From: Octopus vulgaris | Taxonomy: Eukaryota | Direction: 5' to 3' | Assembly: GCA_951406725.2 (NCBI GenBank) | Contig: OX597817.1 | Span: 28,334,001 to 28,398,000 of the forward strand | Length of the DNA stretch: 64,000 bases | Shown: one piece after another, positions 41,061 through 55,828 of the stretch | Position numbering within the stretch: the first letter of the stretch is position 1 | How the letters are laid out: every line of letters begins with the position of its first letter | The notes under the pieces: model-generated | The model's input: only the letters and a program-made list of their open reading frames with translations | Databases searched by the model: none | What the model was told of the DNA's origin: nothing | Program-made: the position numbers and the translations under genes

Positions 41061-42285
41061 ATTTTTTTTAAAATTTAGATAGAATGGAGTGGTGGTCTAT
41101 CTCTGGTTATTTTGTCTCTCATTTACGTATCAAAGCGTAAATAAGTACTATGAATGAAATTATGGGGTTGTTAGTGAAGGCCATTCGATTTGCACTGGTT
41201 CATCATTTCATCTCTTATTAAATGGACCTAAAATCAAAACTGTCTCAAACTAAATGATTCTGCAATTTTCCCTCTCGTTTTTTTTTTAAATTTCATCTTC
41301 ATTGCCGGTCTACTATTTGCTATCTAAAATCACTGTGTCAAGCAGACTATCGAATGTTGTTCTACATCTCTGGTCACAATGCGCTTCCTTGCATTGTTGC
41401 CGCTATCAAATGATGTCACCCTACAGACTAGTCGAGCAGGCCAACAATTTCCTCTTACAGAACGCCAGCCTGTCACAGGGTTACCCATTCACAGTTGAGT
41501 GGACTGGAGTAACGTGAAATGAACACAACGCACCGGTGGTCTGGGAATCGAAACTACTTTCTTGCGATCGTGAGTAAAACATGCAAACCACTAGGCCATG
41601 CGTAGCCTCTATTTTTTTTTTAAAGAAGGTAGTGATGGATTTGAGGAATTTAACTGTTGTTTCGAGCATCCTAGTCTTGTAAGGCACCAGATTTGTGTAT
41701 GTGTGTCAGTATGTATGTTTCAATAGAGTTGGGACTTCTATAAGAGACGTCATTTCTATCAGCACGTGCAGGCGTGTGTACGTGTGCGCGCGCACGTGTG
41801 CGTGTGCGTTCATGTTTCGGATGCGTATCTTGTCCTTTTATTTTATTCGTTTCTTCACGTGTTGTCTAACTTGCTATTTCTCTTCTTCCTCTATATACAC
41901 TCTCCTTTTCAAATCTATAGCTCTCTTTTCTTTTTCATCTTTTTACATTTCTATATCTCCTTGTTCTTTTATTCTTTTCTCTGATAAATTTTTATTGTTA
42001 AACCCATCTTGTGAGACAGGTGCAAAATTCTGATCAGTGGACTTTCAAAATAGCTACTGCTACCTTGTGGTGAGAGAAGAGCGCAAGGAATTAGGTAGTT
42101 GTTTCCTCCTGGAAATAATTTTTTTGTCCCACTCCACTTTCTACCCCAATTCCTTGCTCTTTTCCCATAAATTCTTATTACACCCGTCTCTGAGACGAGT
42201 CTTATAGCTTTTGCTATACCCTTAGTCTCTCCTTAGTCTCACATACCTTTAGTCTCTCCTTTCCTTTCTATCAATTGTTCTTTCA

Positions 42286-42351
<66 letters not shown>

Positions 42352-42353
<2 letters not shown>

Positions 42354-42754
42354 CTCTTTACTCGTTTACTTGTTTCAGTCATTTGAATGCGGCCATGCTG
42401 GAGCACCGCCTTTAGTCGAGCAACTCGACCCCGGGACATATTCTTTGTAAGCCCAGTACTTATTCTATCAGTCTCTTTTGCCGAACCGCTAAGTTACGGG
42501 GACATAAACACACCAGCATCGGTTGTCAAGCAATGCTAGGGGGACAAACACAGACACACAAAATACACGCACACATATATACATATATACGACGGGCTTC
42601 TTTCAGTTTCCCTCTACCAAATCCACTCACAAGGCTTTGGTAGGCCCGAGGCTATAGTAGAAGACACTTGCCCAAAGTGCCACGCAGTGGGACTGAACCC
42701 GGAACCATGTGGTTGGTAAGCAAGCTACTTACCACACAGCCACTCCTGCGCCTA
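42352..42754 (-). mobile_element. full-length family-B SINE
   Basis: As for 34752-35165. Confidence 0.92.
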
Positions 42755-42779
42755 TATATATCTTTTTTTCTTGCTTTTC

Positions 42780-42838
<59 letters not shown>

Positions 42839-43185
42839 CTTCCATCCTTCCTTTCTTCTTTCCTTCCTTCCTTTCAAATTATTTCTGTCTTTCTCGATCC
42901 CTTTCTTGCTATTCCATTAACAATCCTCTCTTTGTCACATCATTCGCTTTTATTTTCTTACTCTATTATTTTCTTACTTTCTTCCTTCATTTCACATATT
43001 TCTCTGTTTGTTCCTGTTTGTCTTTCAAATTATTTTCTTCTCCATATCACACCCCCCCCCCCCCCTATCGCATTTTGCACTTTTGTTTCGCATGTTTTTT
43101 TTGTTTTCTATTTCTATGACTCTGAATTTTTCAACATAGTTCACTTCATTTCTATTTTTTATACCTCTATTCATAATTTTCATTT

Positions 43186-43610
43186 GCGAGCTGGCAGAAA
43201 CGTTAGCACGCCGGGCGAAATGCGTAGCCGTATTTCGTCTGCCGTTACGTTCTGGAGTTCAAATTCCGCCGAGGTCGACTTTGCCTTTCATCCTTTCGGG
43301 TTCGATAAATTAAGAACCAGTTACGCACTGGGGACGATGTAATCGACTTAATCCCTTTGTCTGTCCTTGTTTATCCCCTTGTAGGCAATAAAGAAATAAA
43401 GAAATAAGAAACGTTCGCACACGGGGCTAAAGGCTTAGTAGTATTTCGTCTGTCTTTACGTTCTGAGTTCAAATTCCGCCGAGGTCGACTTTGCCTTTCA
43501 TCCTTTCGGGATCGATAAGTTGAGTACTATTTGCGTACTGGAGTAGATCTAATCGACTGGCCTCCTCCCCTAAAATTTCGGCCCATGTGCCTAGAGTAGA
43601 AAAGAATATT
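43186..43610 (+). mobile_element. dimeric family-A SINE
   Basis: A monomer, then aagaaataagaaacgtt, then a second monomer ending ctagagtagaaaagaata. Confidence 0.85.
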
Positions 43611-43757
43611 TGATTCGCCTAATCGATTATGCCTTTCACCCTTTCGATGTCGATAAGATAAGAACTAGTTGAGTAGTGGAATCGATGAAATTGACTTACC
43701 CCGCCCCCGAAATTGCTGGCATTGTGCCAAAATTTGAAATAAATATTTACCATCATA

Positions 43758-43802
<45 letters not shown>

Positions 43803-43859
43803 GTGAACGTTTGCGTGTTGATTGACAGAAAGACAGACAGACGGATGGATGGATGGATG

Positions 43860-43893
<34 letters not shown>

Positions 43894-44077
43894 ATCTACA
43901 CGCACACACATTAACGTTTACAAGGCAAAAACATTGATAGTGGCTTCAAAAACTCCGCTTGCACGCCTTCACTGAATCGTTCTCTATAATCATTGAAAAG
44001 CAAATTAAAATATATGCTGCTAGAAAGTATTGAATAATCTTTGAGTTAAACGTAAATGATATATATATATATATATG

Positions 44078-44465
44078 GAGCACTCTGTCGGTTACGACGA
44101 CGAGGGTCCCAGCTGATACGATCAACGGAACAACTTGCTCGTGAAATTAACGTGCAAGTGGCTGAGCAATCCACAGACACGTGCACCCTTAACGTAGTTC
44201 TCAGGGCGATTCAGCGTGACACAGAATGTGACGAGGCTGGCCCTTTGAAATACAGATACTACTCATTTTTACCAGATGAGTGGACTGGAGTAACGTGAAA
44301 TAGAGTGTCTTGCCCAAGAGCACAACGCGTCGCCGGATATTGAACTCACGATCTTGTTCACTTTCCTGATATTTGTACATAATTCTATGCACTATACATG
44401 CACCTTTGATGAGTTGTAGTGCACCTGAGCACTACACACAATAATTTCATTATTATTATTGTTAT
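44078..44465. mobile_element. family-D SINE (44078-44352, -) abutting a LINE 3' tail (44355-44465, +)
   Basis: Matches 18630-18905 and 46958-47015 respectively. Confidence 0.8.
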
Positions 44466-45957
44466 TATCATTATTGTCACTAAACACGACTAGGATGTTA
44501 GGAAACACCTACATTGCTAGAAAGAAGGGCTAAGCCGCTCTAATGCTGTAGTTAAAACACATGAATAAAAACCTGTACACTAACAGGGACCATAATCGTC
44601 CGAAGAAATAACTCAGATGGTCCCCGTAGCATGTATATAAATGCGATAGACAAATACAGATGTATCAAATACCATGCCACATAGATTCTAGATTTATCAA
44701 AATTGTCTCCGCCTCTAGAATATGTATAAAAATGATTAAATGCGATTTTATGATACCTCTGTATGAAAAGGGGAAATAATCTCAGGAATCAGGATTTGTC
44801 CAAAGTTGATGTGTCATTAAGGAAAAAAGGACGGGCTTATTGAGGAAAGAGAACAGCCGAAGGTATGTGTTTCTGCCTCAATAACCATCATACGCACGAC
44901 AATTGTCCTTACTTATCTCCAGCGGCCAAGAGACATAAAATATACAGAAAAAAGAATAGAACACATTCAAGCCTCAGGTAATTTGCATAAAATCAAACAG
45001 AAAAGAAAGCTAAGACAAATAAATCAGTGGCCAAAATATATTACATATATGCCTGTCTGTTTGTGTGTGTATGTATTTATATATGCATGTATGTATATAA
45101 ATGTGTGTGTATATATATGTATATGTGAATATATGTGTGTGTGCATATGTATATATATTTGTGTGCATAAGTATATATTCATATACATATATATTTGTAT
45201 GTGTGTATAACTGTATATGAATGTATATGTATTTTTATAAGTACATATTTCTGTACATATAAGCCATCTGAAACCATCGCAATATCAAAACCCCTTGTGT
45301 GCCATCAGCGAATATCTCAGGGTCACAAGTGTTTTGCCCCTTAACTTGTAAACTTCATCTGTGGTGGGTAGCGAGAACTGAACTAGAATTCGCCCGTGGA
45401 AGGGTTCCACCCGAGATGCCTTCTCAACCACATCCACCATGTGTGTGTGTGTGTGTGTGTGTGTGCCCGCGTGCGAGTGTACATGTGCTTGTGTGCGCAT
45501 TTTTGTATGTATATTTATACGAATATGTGTATATCTTTTACATTTTAGTTATTTCACTTATTCGACTTGCAGCCACGCTGAAATACTGCTTTGAAGTGTT
45601 TGTAGTCAGACGTATCGTTTCCACTACTTATTTTTTGTTGTTAATTATTCAATCCCTTTTCCCGAACCGCTACGTTACGAGGACGTAACCAAATCAGCAT
45701 TCTTTGTCAAACAGCCGTGGATGACACATACAAAGACACATACATACATACATACATACATACATACATACATACATGCGTACATACATGCATGCATACG
45801 ACGGGCTTCAATCAGTTTCCGTCTATCAAATCCACTTACAACGCTTTGGTCAACCGGGGCTCCAGCAGAAGACACTTGCCCAAATTGTCATCGCTAGGGA
45901 TTGAACTCATGTATATGTATACAAATGCATACATGTAAGCGCATATATACATGTGTG

Positions 45958-46021
<64 letters not shown>

Positions 46022-46408
46022 GTGTGTGGTAAGTAGCTTGCTAACCAACCACATGGTTCCGGGTTCAGTCCCACTGCGTGGCACCTTGGGGAAGTGTCTT
46101 CTGCTATAGCCTCGGGCCGACCAAAGCCTTGTGAGTGGATTTGGTAGACGGAAACTGAAAGAAGCCCGTCGTATATATGTATATATGTATATATGCGTGT
46201 GTGTGTTTTTGTCCCCTAGCATTGCTTGACAACCGATGCTGGTGTGTTTATGTCCCCGTTACTTAGCAGTTCGGCAAAAAGAGACCGATAGAATAAGTAC
46301 TGGAGCTTACAAAGAATAAGTCCCGGGGTCGAGTTGCTCGATTAAAGGCGGTGCTCCAGCATGGCCGCAGTCAAATGACTGAAACAAGTAAAAGAGAGAA
46401 AAAAGAGA
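46022..46408 (+). mobile_element. family-B SINE; a diverged inverted copy lies at about 45540-45905
   Basis: Family-B motifs throughout. Confidence 0.92.
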
Positions 46409-46689
46409 GTATATGTATATATATATATGCATACACACACATACAATATGGGGTTTAGTTCACAGGTGATCTCCATGATTAGGTACGCTGGATAAGTTCT
46501 GTAATGGATTACCAGGGCTCCAAGCTCATAGCCAAGACGGGAGTTACAGAACCATTGTAGGTTTCCGATATAGCAGATATATAATTGTTAAAGAGGACAA
46601 CAAACGCTAAGGCAAGACAAACATCTCGAATTACAGCTGTAAGGCAATTATATATATACATATACATATATATATATATATATATATAT

Positions 46690-46990
46690 GTTATCAACAA
46701 GGTTATCAACCACCTCACCAACAACAACACTGAACACCTTTTTGATCTCCATGTGTCTAACACACGTGGACATGCCTACAAAGTCAGAAAACAGCACAGC
46801 TCCCATGACTTTCGGAAACATTTTTTCACGCTCAGGGTTGCTGAAGCGTGGAATAAACTGCCTGCATCAGTTGTTGACTGCCATGACACTGCATCCTTTA
46901 AGGCCCTCATGCTTCCCGAAATCCGTCGAAACTACACCTGATTATATATACACTTTAGATGAGTTGTAGTGCACCTGAGCACTGTACACA

Positions 46991-47015
<25 letters not shown>
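46690..47015 (+). mobile_element. 5'-truncated CR1-type LINE (ORF2 C-terminus, 3' UTR, (ATT)n tail)
   Basis: NTRGHAYKVRKQHSSHDFRKHFFTLRVAEAWNKLPASVV..TASFK matches TRGH..K / FF..RV...WN.LP; stop at 46941. Confidence 0.9.
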
Positions 47016-47043
<28 letters not shown>

Positions 47044-47048
<5 letters not shown>

Positions 47049-47125
47049 ATACAATATGTTACATTACTCGGTAGTCAAGATAAAACTCTGAGTTTCAGAT
47101 GCCGAAGTGGAAATCCACAACACCA

Positions 47126-47168
<43 letters not shown>

Positions 47169-47350
47169 TATATATTTTTTCAGATGGCCAGATAACCGAA
47201 GAGATGGTGTTGTGGATTTCCACTTCGGCATCTGAAACTCAGAGTTTTATCTTGACTACCGAGTAATGTAACATATTGTATAGATAAATTTCCTCTATTT
47301 ACATAATATTGAGGTCTCTTTCTTTCTTTTGTTATCTTACCGTTTTATCA
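47044..47350. mobile_element. Penelope-like pLTR fragment with 85-bp perfect inverted duplication and hammerhead motif (47191-47251, +)
   Basis: Arms 47044-47128 and 47202-47286; gataa-CCGAAGA-gatg..gtgga-tt-tccac..catc-t-GAAA-ctcagag-TT-ttatc (U4>C relative to the 16830 copy). Confidence 0.75.
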
Positions 47351-47534
47351 ATATATATATATATATATATAATTGCCTCCATATCTGCTCACTTGGGTTC
47401 TTCTTATAGTCACTCTTTACCTGAAGGTATTGCTCCCTCGTAAAGACATCGAATCATTTGAGCGCTACTAAGTGTTTTCTATAGCGAGAATCTCTGGATA
47501 TCATCTGTTTACTCACACACACACACACATATTC

Positions 47535-47760
47535 TATTATTCTATAGTTTCGGTCATTTGACTGCGACCATGCAATAACATCGCCTTAACGGGTTTTAGT
47601 AGAACAAATCGACCCTAGGACTTATTCTTTGTAAGCCTAGTTCTTATAGTATCGGTTTCTTATTGCCGAACTGCTAAGTGACAGGGACGTAAACACACTA
47701 ACATCGGTTGTCAAGCGATGGGTGGGGGGGACAAACACAGACACAAATAAAAAATACATA

Positions 47761-47825
<65 letters not shown>

Positions 47826-48371
47826 ACACGACGGGCTTCTTTCAGTTTCCGTCTACCAAATCCACTCACAAGGTTTTGGTCGGCCCGAGGCTATAGCAGA
47901 AGACACTTGCCCAAGGTGCCACGCGGTGGAACTGAACCCGGAACCATGTAGTTGGGAAGCAAGCTTCTTATCACACAGCCATATGTATAATGTATGTATG
48001 TATGTGTGTACGCGCGCTCGCGAGTGTATGCACGTACGTTGATCCTGTCTTTACAATCTCTCTTGCCTCTTTTCCTTTCCACTATATTTCCAAATGCACT
48101 TATTCCACATTCTTTCTAATATACTTCTTTCTTTCTTCCCCCTACTTTATGCTATCTACATTTCTATCTTTCAAGCCTTCATTCTTTGGTCTCCGCTTTG
48201 GGGTTTTTTTGTTGTTGGTTTTTTTGGGGGGTTTTTTCTATTTCATTCCTTCGTTCTTCCTTTTCCTTGCGCCTCGCTATTCTACTTTCTTTATTCCACA
48301 CATTCTATCTTCTCTGCTTCATTCTTTCTCTCTTTCCTGTCATACCTCACTATTATTTCTCTGTCGTTCTA

Positions 48372-48429
<58 letters not shown>

Positions 48430-48963
48430 TACTTTCAGAAATTCTTTCTTTTCTACAGTTCCATATTTTGATTCCATATATTCAGTTTTCTTTCTTTCGT
48501 TCTTTTTTTCTGTCTTTCTTTCTTTCTTTCTTTCAGAAATTCTTTCTTTCTTTCTTTCTTTCTTTCTTTTATTTGTGTGTGTGTGTTCTTTACTTTTTTT
48601 TTCTTTGTGTAACACTACTAACTAGGGAAACTACATGTCGCTGTTCCGTCTCTAAAACTTATATATATACTGCATATCGAGTATTATTTCATTGAATACT
48701 ATAAAGAAAATAATATTTTTTTAAATAAGCTATTTCGAATCATTTAAATCATTTAAATAAGATAAGTTTGCACCGCTTCCTATACTTACATACATACAAA
48801 TGAACGTAAGTGGCTGTGTGGTAAGTAGCTTGCTAACCAACCACATGGTTCCAGGTTCAGTCCCACTGCGTGGCATCTTGGGCAAGTGTCTTCTGCTATA
48901 GCCCCGGGCCGACCAATGCCTTGTGAGTGGATTTGGTAGACGGAAACTTGAAAGAAGCCTATC

Positions 48964-49003
<40 letters not shown>

Positions 49004-49889
49004 GTGTGTGTGTGTGTGTGTTTGTGTGTCTGTGTTTGTCCCCCTAGCATTGCTTGACAACCGATGCTGGTGTGTTTACGTCCCCGTTACTTAGCGGTTC
49101 GGCAAAACAGACCGATAGAATAAGTACTGGGCTTACAAAGAATAAGTCCCGGTGTCGATTTGCTCGACTAAAAGGCGGTGCTCCAGCATGGCCGCAGTCA
49201 AACAAGTAAAAGAGTAAAAGAGTAAAGAGATACACGCATATGTATGTGCACACGCTTGTATGCACATACACTTGCATGTGCGTGTGTGATACACACATAT
49301 TTCAAAGTCATTGCTAATTCGTGAAATCGTCATCCACTATAAAAATGAATTATTCTAAATGTTATCCCGCCGAACCATTGAGCGCGTCGTACAAAATGTT
49401 TAGGGACATTTCTTCCGGCGCTTTACATTCTGAGTTCAAATTCCGCCGAGGTCATCTTTGCTTTCCATCCCTCAGGGGTTGATAAAAAAATAAATAAAAT
49501 ACCAGTCAACTAATGGGTCGATATTTTCGATTTACCTCATCACCTCAAAATTGCTGGCCTTGTGCCAAAATTTGAAACCATTATTATTTACAGAATGCAG
49601 TATATTTCAATCTTTCGCTACTGGTTAACAAATCCCAAATTATTGGGTCATTCATTTATTCTTTTATTCTTTCACTCATTTGACTGCAGCCATGCTGGAG
49701 CACCACCTTTAGTCGAACAAATCGACGCCAGGACTTATTCTTTGTGAGCCTAGTACTTATTGTACCGGTTTCTTTTTGCCGAACCGCTAAATGACGGGAA
49801 CGTAAACACATCAACATTGGTCGTCAAGCGATGGTGGGGGATACAAACACAGACACAAATAACAAATGCACACACACACTCACACACAC

Positions 49890-49969
<80 letters not shown>

Positions 49970-50123
49970 GACGGGCTTCTTTCAGTTTCCGTCTACCAAA
50001 TCCACTCACAAGGCTTTGGTCGGCCCGAGGCTATAGTAGGAGACACTTGCCCAAGGTACCACGCAGCTGGACTGAATCCGGAACCACATGGTTGAGAAGC
50101 AAGCTTCTTACCACACAGCCACT
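47535..50123. mobile_element. three family-B SINEs in alternating orientation (47535-47980 -, 48809-49228 +, 49660-50123 -) plus a family-A copy (49370-49585 +)
   Basis: Family motifs as above. Confidence 0.9.
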
Positions 50124-52789
50124 TTTAAGTATGAAAAAGAAGTTTTGTGAATTTTTCAGTAATTTCCTTAGTAATTGGAACAAACATTTTTAATAATTGT
50201 AAATTCCAAGCAAGACCTTCACGTCGATCTACAATATTCGAACTTCGAAAGTTTTAATGAAAAGAAAGGAAAAAAAGTAAAAGTAAGACGCTAAGAACTT
50301 TATAAGGTATTGGCCTAATTTTAACACGTTCAAATCTCAAAAATGAAAGAAAAGGAGATATGCGAATAAAAGGAATCGAAGTGAGATATTTTGAGTCCAG
50401 AGAGGAAGAGAAAAGGAATGATAGCAGACGTGTGATCGGCTATGTCTTTCTGGTCGTATATCGAGAGAATATTCAAACTATATCAGTGAACTTTGAAACT
50501 ACTCTCACAATATTTGTAAGATTAACATTATTAGGGACATCACTTTTACACGATACAAATCCTCCGCTGATAAAGTTTTAACCGAAGCTTCCTCTCATTA
50601 TAACGAAATTCTAGTTAGCAATATGTTTAAGGAGAACATATTTTCATTGATCTCATAACTAATATCACACAACGCGCATTAAAAGAAATATAAATTCTTG
50701 GTCAAACCACTTTGAAACTAATTTTACTTGCTCCAATGGCTAAATCTTTCTTTAATTTACTTACAAAAAACACCCACCCACAGCATACAATAAAATTTTC
50801 AATAGACATACTATTAAAGTTTCTGATTCTACCTCACCAAATTTCGCTAAAATGTCTTCCTTCTAGAATGTGCAAAAACCAAGTTGAATTCACAGTATAA
50901 TCCTGTCCACTCCTAGAAATTTAACCTAAATGTATGGAATTTCATTAATCTAGTAGTTATCAATCGATACTATATAAAAGCAAGAAAATAAAACGGAAAT
51001 AAATATTTTATCACACACCTACATAAGTTTAGCTTCTACTTTTAAATTACACTCCATCGACCACAAGCACAATTTTAGGAACCCTACAGGGTGTTACGAA
51101 GGCTCACTTTTCCCTTTACATTTTCTATTTATTTAACTGGATTTTTATATATTCGAGACCAGATATTAGGCTTTTCTTTTTCTCTTTCACCGATTATATC
51201 ATCCATTCATCAACATTCTCTACTGGACTCAATTCACTTAATTTTTATAAATCGCATTATTGATCTGAACTCATACGATATAAAATACGAATATATATTT
51301 ATATGAGAGAGAAGGGGGATCGCGCGTGAGTGTGTGTCCACGTGGTTAAACATACTTTAGTCAAATTTCATTTATTCAGCTCAGTTTCCCGTAGGATTTA
51401 AAGATGTCTGTTTCTTTGATCAGTTGCCCAACTGCATTGTCTTTATTTTCCAAAAAAATATTTAAATCAGATGATATTACTGAAGTTATCTCCTTTCTTT
51501 CTGATTTTTTAAAAAGTCTACAAGATAGATTTTGACTTCAAATTACATGGACAATCCCATTTAATCAGTTTTTCAGCAAATTGTAGTTCATCATTGATAC
51601 CGTACCATGCACTGATGTGTGTGTGAATGTGAGTGAAAAGCTTCAAGGCAGAAAGCAGATGCCCTGGGTAACATCCCTCCAAACTTCACTTGACAGTTTG
51701 GTATGAAGTTGCTCATCAAACCTTTCCTAGCTCTAGACCTCAAATGTGCTGCCCCCCTCTGACTTCTAAGACTGTAGTTTCTACGCCTTGGACCAGTCTG
51801 TTTTCATAGCACTTTCACTCCGATAGTCCAAACTCACTCACCCTTTCTCATCCCTTCCAATGCCTTCTGGTCATTGCTCACCGTTCATATCCTATCCCGC
51901 ACAATCTTCTGTGCCCAGTCCCTCTTTCCAAGATAAATAAACCCTCTAGAGATCCGTCGTTAGCTCATGCTTTTATTGTTCCTGAGGCTGTCAATGCGCA
52001 AATATTAAAGGGCACAATTAATAGCATCATTCCTAACATTCTCAGAGAATTTGCAAGGCCAACAGGCAAAACCCCTCCCTCTTTCAGACCCCCCCCCTCA
52101 CATAATATATATATATATATATATAACAGTTATTAAATCTTGGTATCTGGTATAGACTACGTAAGAGTACTTACTATTGCAGCCCTGTATTATCGTAAAA
52201 CTTAAATGTATGCAACTGATATTGAATATATTCAGCACAGTAGCAAAGTTTTAAAAGCAAAAGGAAGTAAAAAAAAAAAAAAAACTGAAGTGTTTTTTCT
52301 TTCCATAAAAATAATCAATTTTGTCTCCTGTGTTATGAGATATGTACATATGTGTGTGTATTGTGTGTATGTGTGTGTGATCAAAAGTAAATCAATAGAG
52401 GTATATAAAAATATGACTACTAATTGATTTATAGACCCAAGCACTACAAGTCACAAAGTTTTGACTAGACATCAATAACATTGAATATATGTAAAAATAA
52501 TGATAAATAATGACAAAACACAAATAATTCTGCATTGTCCTTTTTTTTATCGTTGTTTCCATTTTGCTTTTAAACTTTAAATCCTTTTCGGTCAATTGTT
52601 TCCTTTTTTAGAACACATCATACAATATAAAAAAAAATGTGGAGTCGGGGGGTAGTGTGTATGGTCTACTCAAAAAAGAAACTGAACTTTTTTTCTAACA
52701 AAAAAAAAAGTAACAGATTTATTGCTTTACTTCAAATTTAATTAAATTTGTCTCCGCTTCTGTTGATGTAATGTTCTTATAGCTTTTAT

Positions 52790-52908
52790 TTATTTGCTTT
52801 TACTAATTTTTAAACGTTTCAAGGGTATTGCGCACTTTTCGTAACGAAATTTGCTCACATGGTCTCTTAAATCATTTGGAATCGTCGATATTTCTGGGTG
52901 GATTTCAA
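52790..52908 (-). CDS. weak candidate terminal exon (EIHPEISTIPNDLRDHVSKFRYEKCAIPLKRLKISKSK*)
   Basis: Long pyrimidine tract, then aag acceptor; open frame to TAA; AATAAA at the stop and UTR-like unique sequence beyond. No recognisable homology. Confidence 0.25.
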
Positions 52909-53204
52909 CTTTGGGAACAATCAAACAAAAAGAAATAAAGAAAAGCTTTTTAAAAAAAAAAAACTGCGGAAGCCAAGTCAAGAGTGGAGAACGGATGAAG
53001 GACGGGTGTCGTTTCTTGCTATCCAAAAAACAAGTCACAAATAATGAGTGACGCTTGAACAGTTACATTGCCATGGTACATATCACCTTCAGGCTTTATG
53101 TGTTCATTCCTCAGGTGTCTTTACGCTATTTCTCACAAATGTCTCAAGACTTTCAAATAAAACTAAAACAAAATAATAAAAAAGAAAAGTAAGAACTGTT
53201 ACTC

Positions 53205-53517
53205 AGCCAGTTTCGATGGCAAGAATTCCAGTTGACCCGATCAACGGAACAACCTGCTCCTGAAATTAACGTGCAAGTAACTAAGCACTCCACAGACACG
53301 TGTGCTCTTAACGTAGTTCTCAGAGATCCAACATTACACAGAATATGATAAGGCTGGTCCTTTAAAATACAGATACTACTCATTTTTGCCAGCTGAGTGA
53401 ATTGGATCAACGTGAAATAAAGTTCTTTCTCAAGGACACAACGTGCCGCCGAGAATCGAGCTTATGACCTAAGGATCTTAAGCCGAATACCTCAACCACT
53501 AAGCCACGTGCCTTCAC
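53205..53517 (-). mobile_element. family-D SINE
   Basis: Matches 18630-18950. Confidence 0.85.
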
Positions 53518-53727
53518 TTTAAGTAGAATTATTAATCATTAAACAACGTGGAGCAAACTCTCGTTGAACGACAATATTTCACTACTACTAATAATAATAA
53601 CGGTTTCAAATTTTGCCACAAGAGCAGCCATTTTGGGAGAGGGGATGAGCCAATTACAATTCATTGATCCCGAAAGGGTGAAAGGCAGTGTCGACCTCGG
53701 CGGAATTTGAGCTCAGAATGTAGTGGC

Positions 53728-53763
<36 letters not shown>

Positions 53764-54509
53764 TTGTATATATATATTTGTATATTTCCATCTAACGCAG
53801 CTGAATGCATCAAGAGCTAAAGTATAGCTTTCCGTGTGGTCACTTAATGTGTTAGAAATAACAGTGTAAAGTATCCCAACTCACATCATCCTATTCTCTT
53901 GAAAGAGAAGAGTAGGGTGTGTATCCCTACTAATGAAGATGGTATAATCACGGTTTGAATTAATGCCTTTCGTAATAGGGTCACTCAGATAAATGAAGTT
54001 AAACCTGGTGCTAAACATCATGAACAGTTAGACTGGTTAACATTTTATATAAAACGTTGCGTAGCAAATACAAAAATAATAAAATGAAGAGATAACTACA
54101 GGGACACTAAGTTTACTAGAAATAGCAGCCGAATCTCTCTCAAAACAGCTTAATGAAGCTTGAATGAAGAGGGATAAGTTGCTCAATGCACTTCTGAGAT
54201 GTACATAAAATAAAGCTGGCAGGTCATGGCTGATACGACTTTGATCTTAGGTTATAACAACTAATATCTGAGGTAGTAAAAAGTGAATTATATACATTTT
54301 TTAAATGGTTAATAAAATTTGTAAAATGAGATGAGTGTGTATTCCGAAGGAAGAAAGTGCTTCTGATATTTCGAGTAGGGCTCTTCTCGTGTATTCGGAC
54401 AAAATATTTATAAAGACCTCTGCGCAAATATTAAGAAATCACCAATCCTCTCGGTATATTTTATGCTTAATTCAACACTTTTATTATTTGTCATGACATT
54501 CTTGAGCGC

Positions 54510-54571
<62 letters not shown>

Positions 54572-55140
54572 TCGTACATTCGTAACACACGCATATACTC
54601 GTGACCAGAAACAAGTGCACACACAGATATGCGGATACGATGTACACACATACAGCATCGTGGTAACAAAATTACGGTCATATCAAAGGATTGCGCGTAT
54701 GTATGCTCGTGCATATAACTAAGATACACGAATATTTAGTTCTATAATCGCATATAAAAACATATTCACGTACGATCGTATATATATACACGCTTAAACA
54801 TATAGACACCATAATAATTCAATCATGCACATATAAACCAAAATATTCTTGCCAATACATATATATAGGTATACGTTGATAATCACAAGCGTGATCGTTA
54901 TTAACAAAGTGATATTTATTTATAAACCCATACGAGGGTGTAATATAATTGCTTAGTATTATGCACCAACGCCTACACAACAACAACAACAAACAGCATG
55001 CTATCATACATATTCACATACATATATCTACTAATATTATTACACATACACACACCACACACAAAAGCTGCACAAAATCGTGTGTTCTAATGGAATGACC
55101 GAGGAAACGTGTTCATACATATGCAAATTCTGAAAACAAA

Positions 55141-55828
<688 letters not shown>

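Noticed and set aside
51630-51960. Decayed LINE reverse-transcriptase fragment
   Set aside because: There is only a faint resemblance (ADALGNIPPN) with many stops; it cannot be supported without a profile search.
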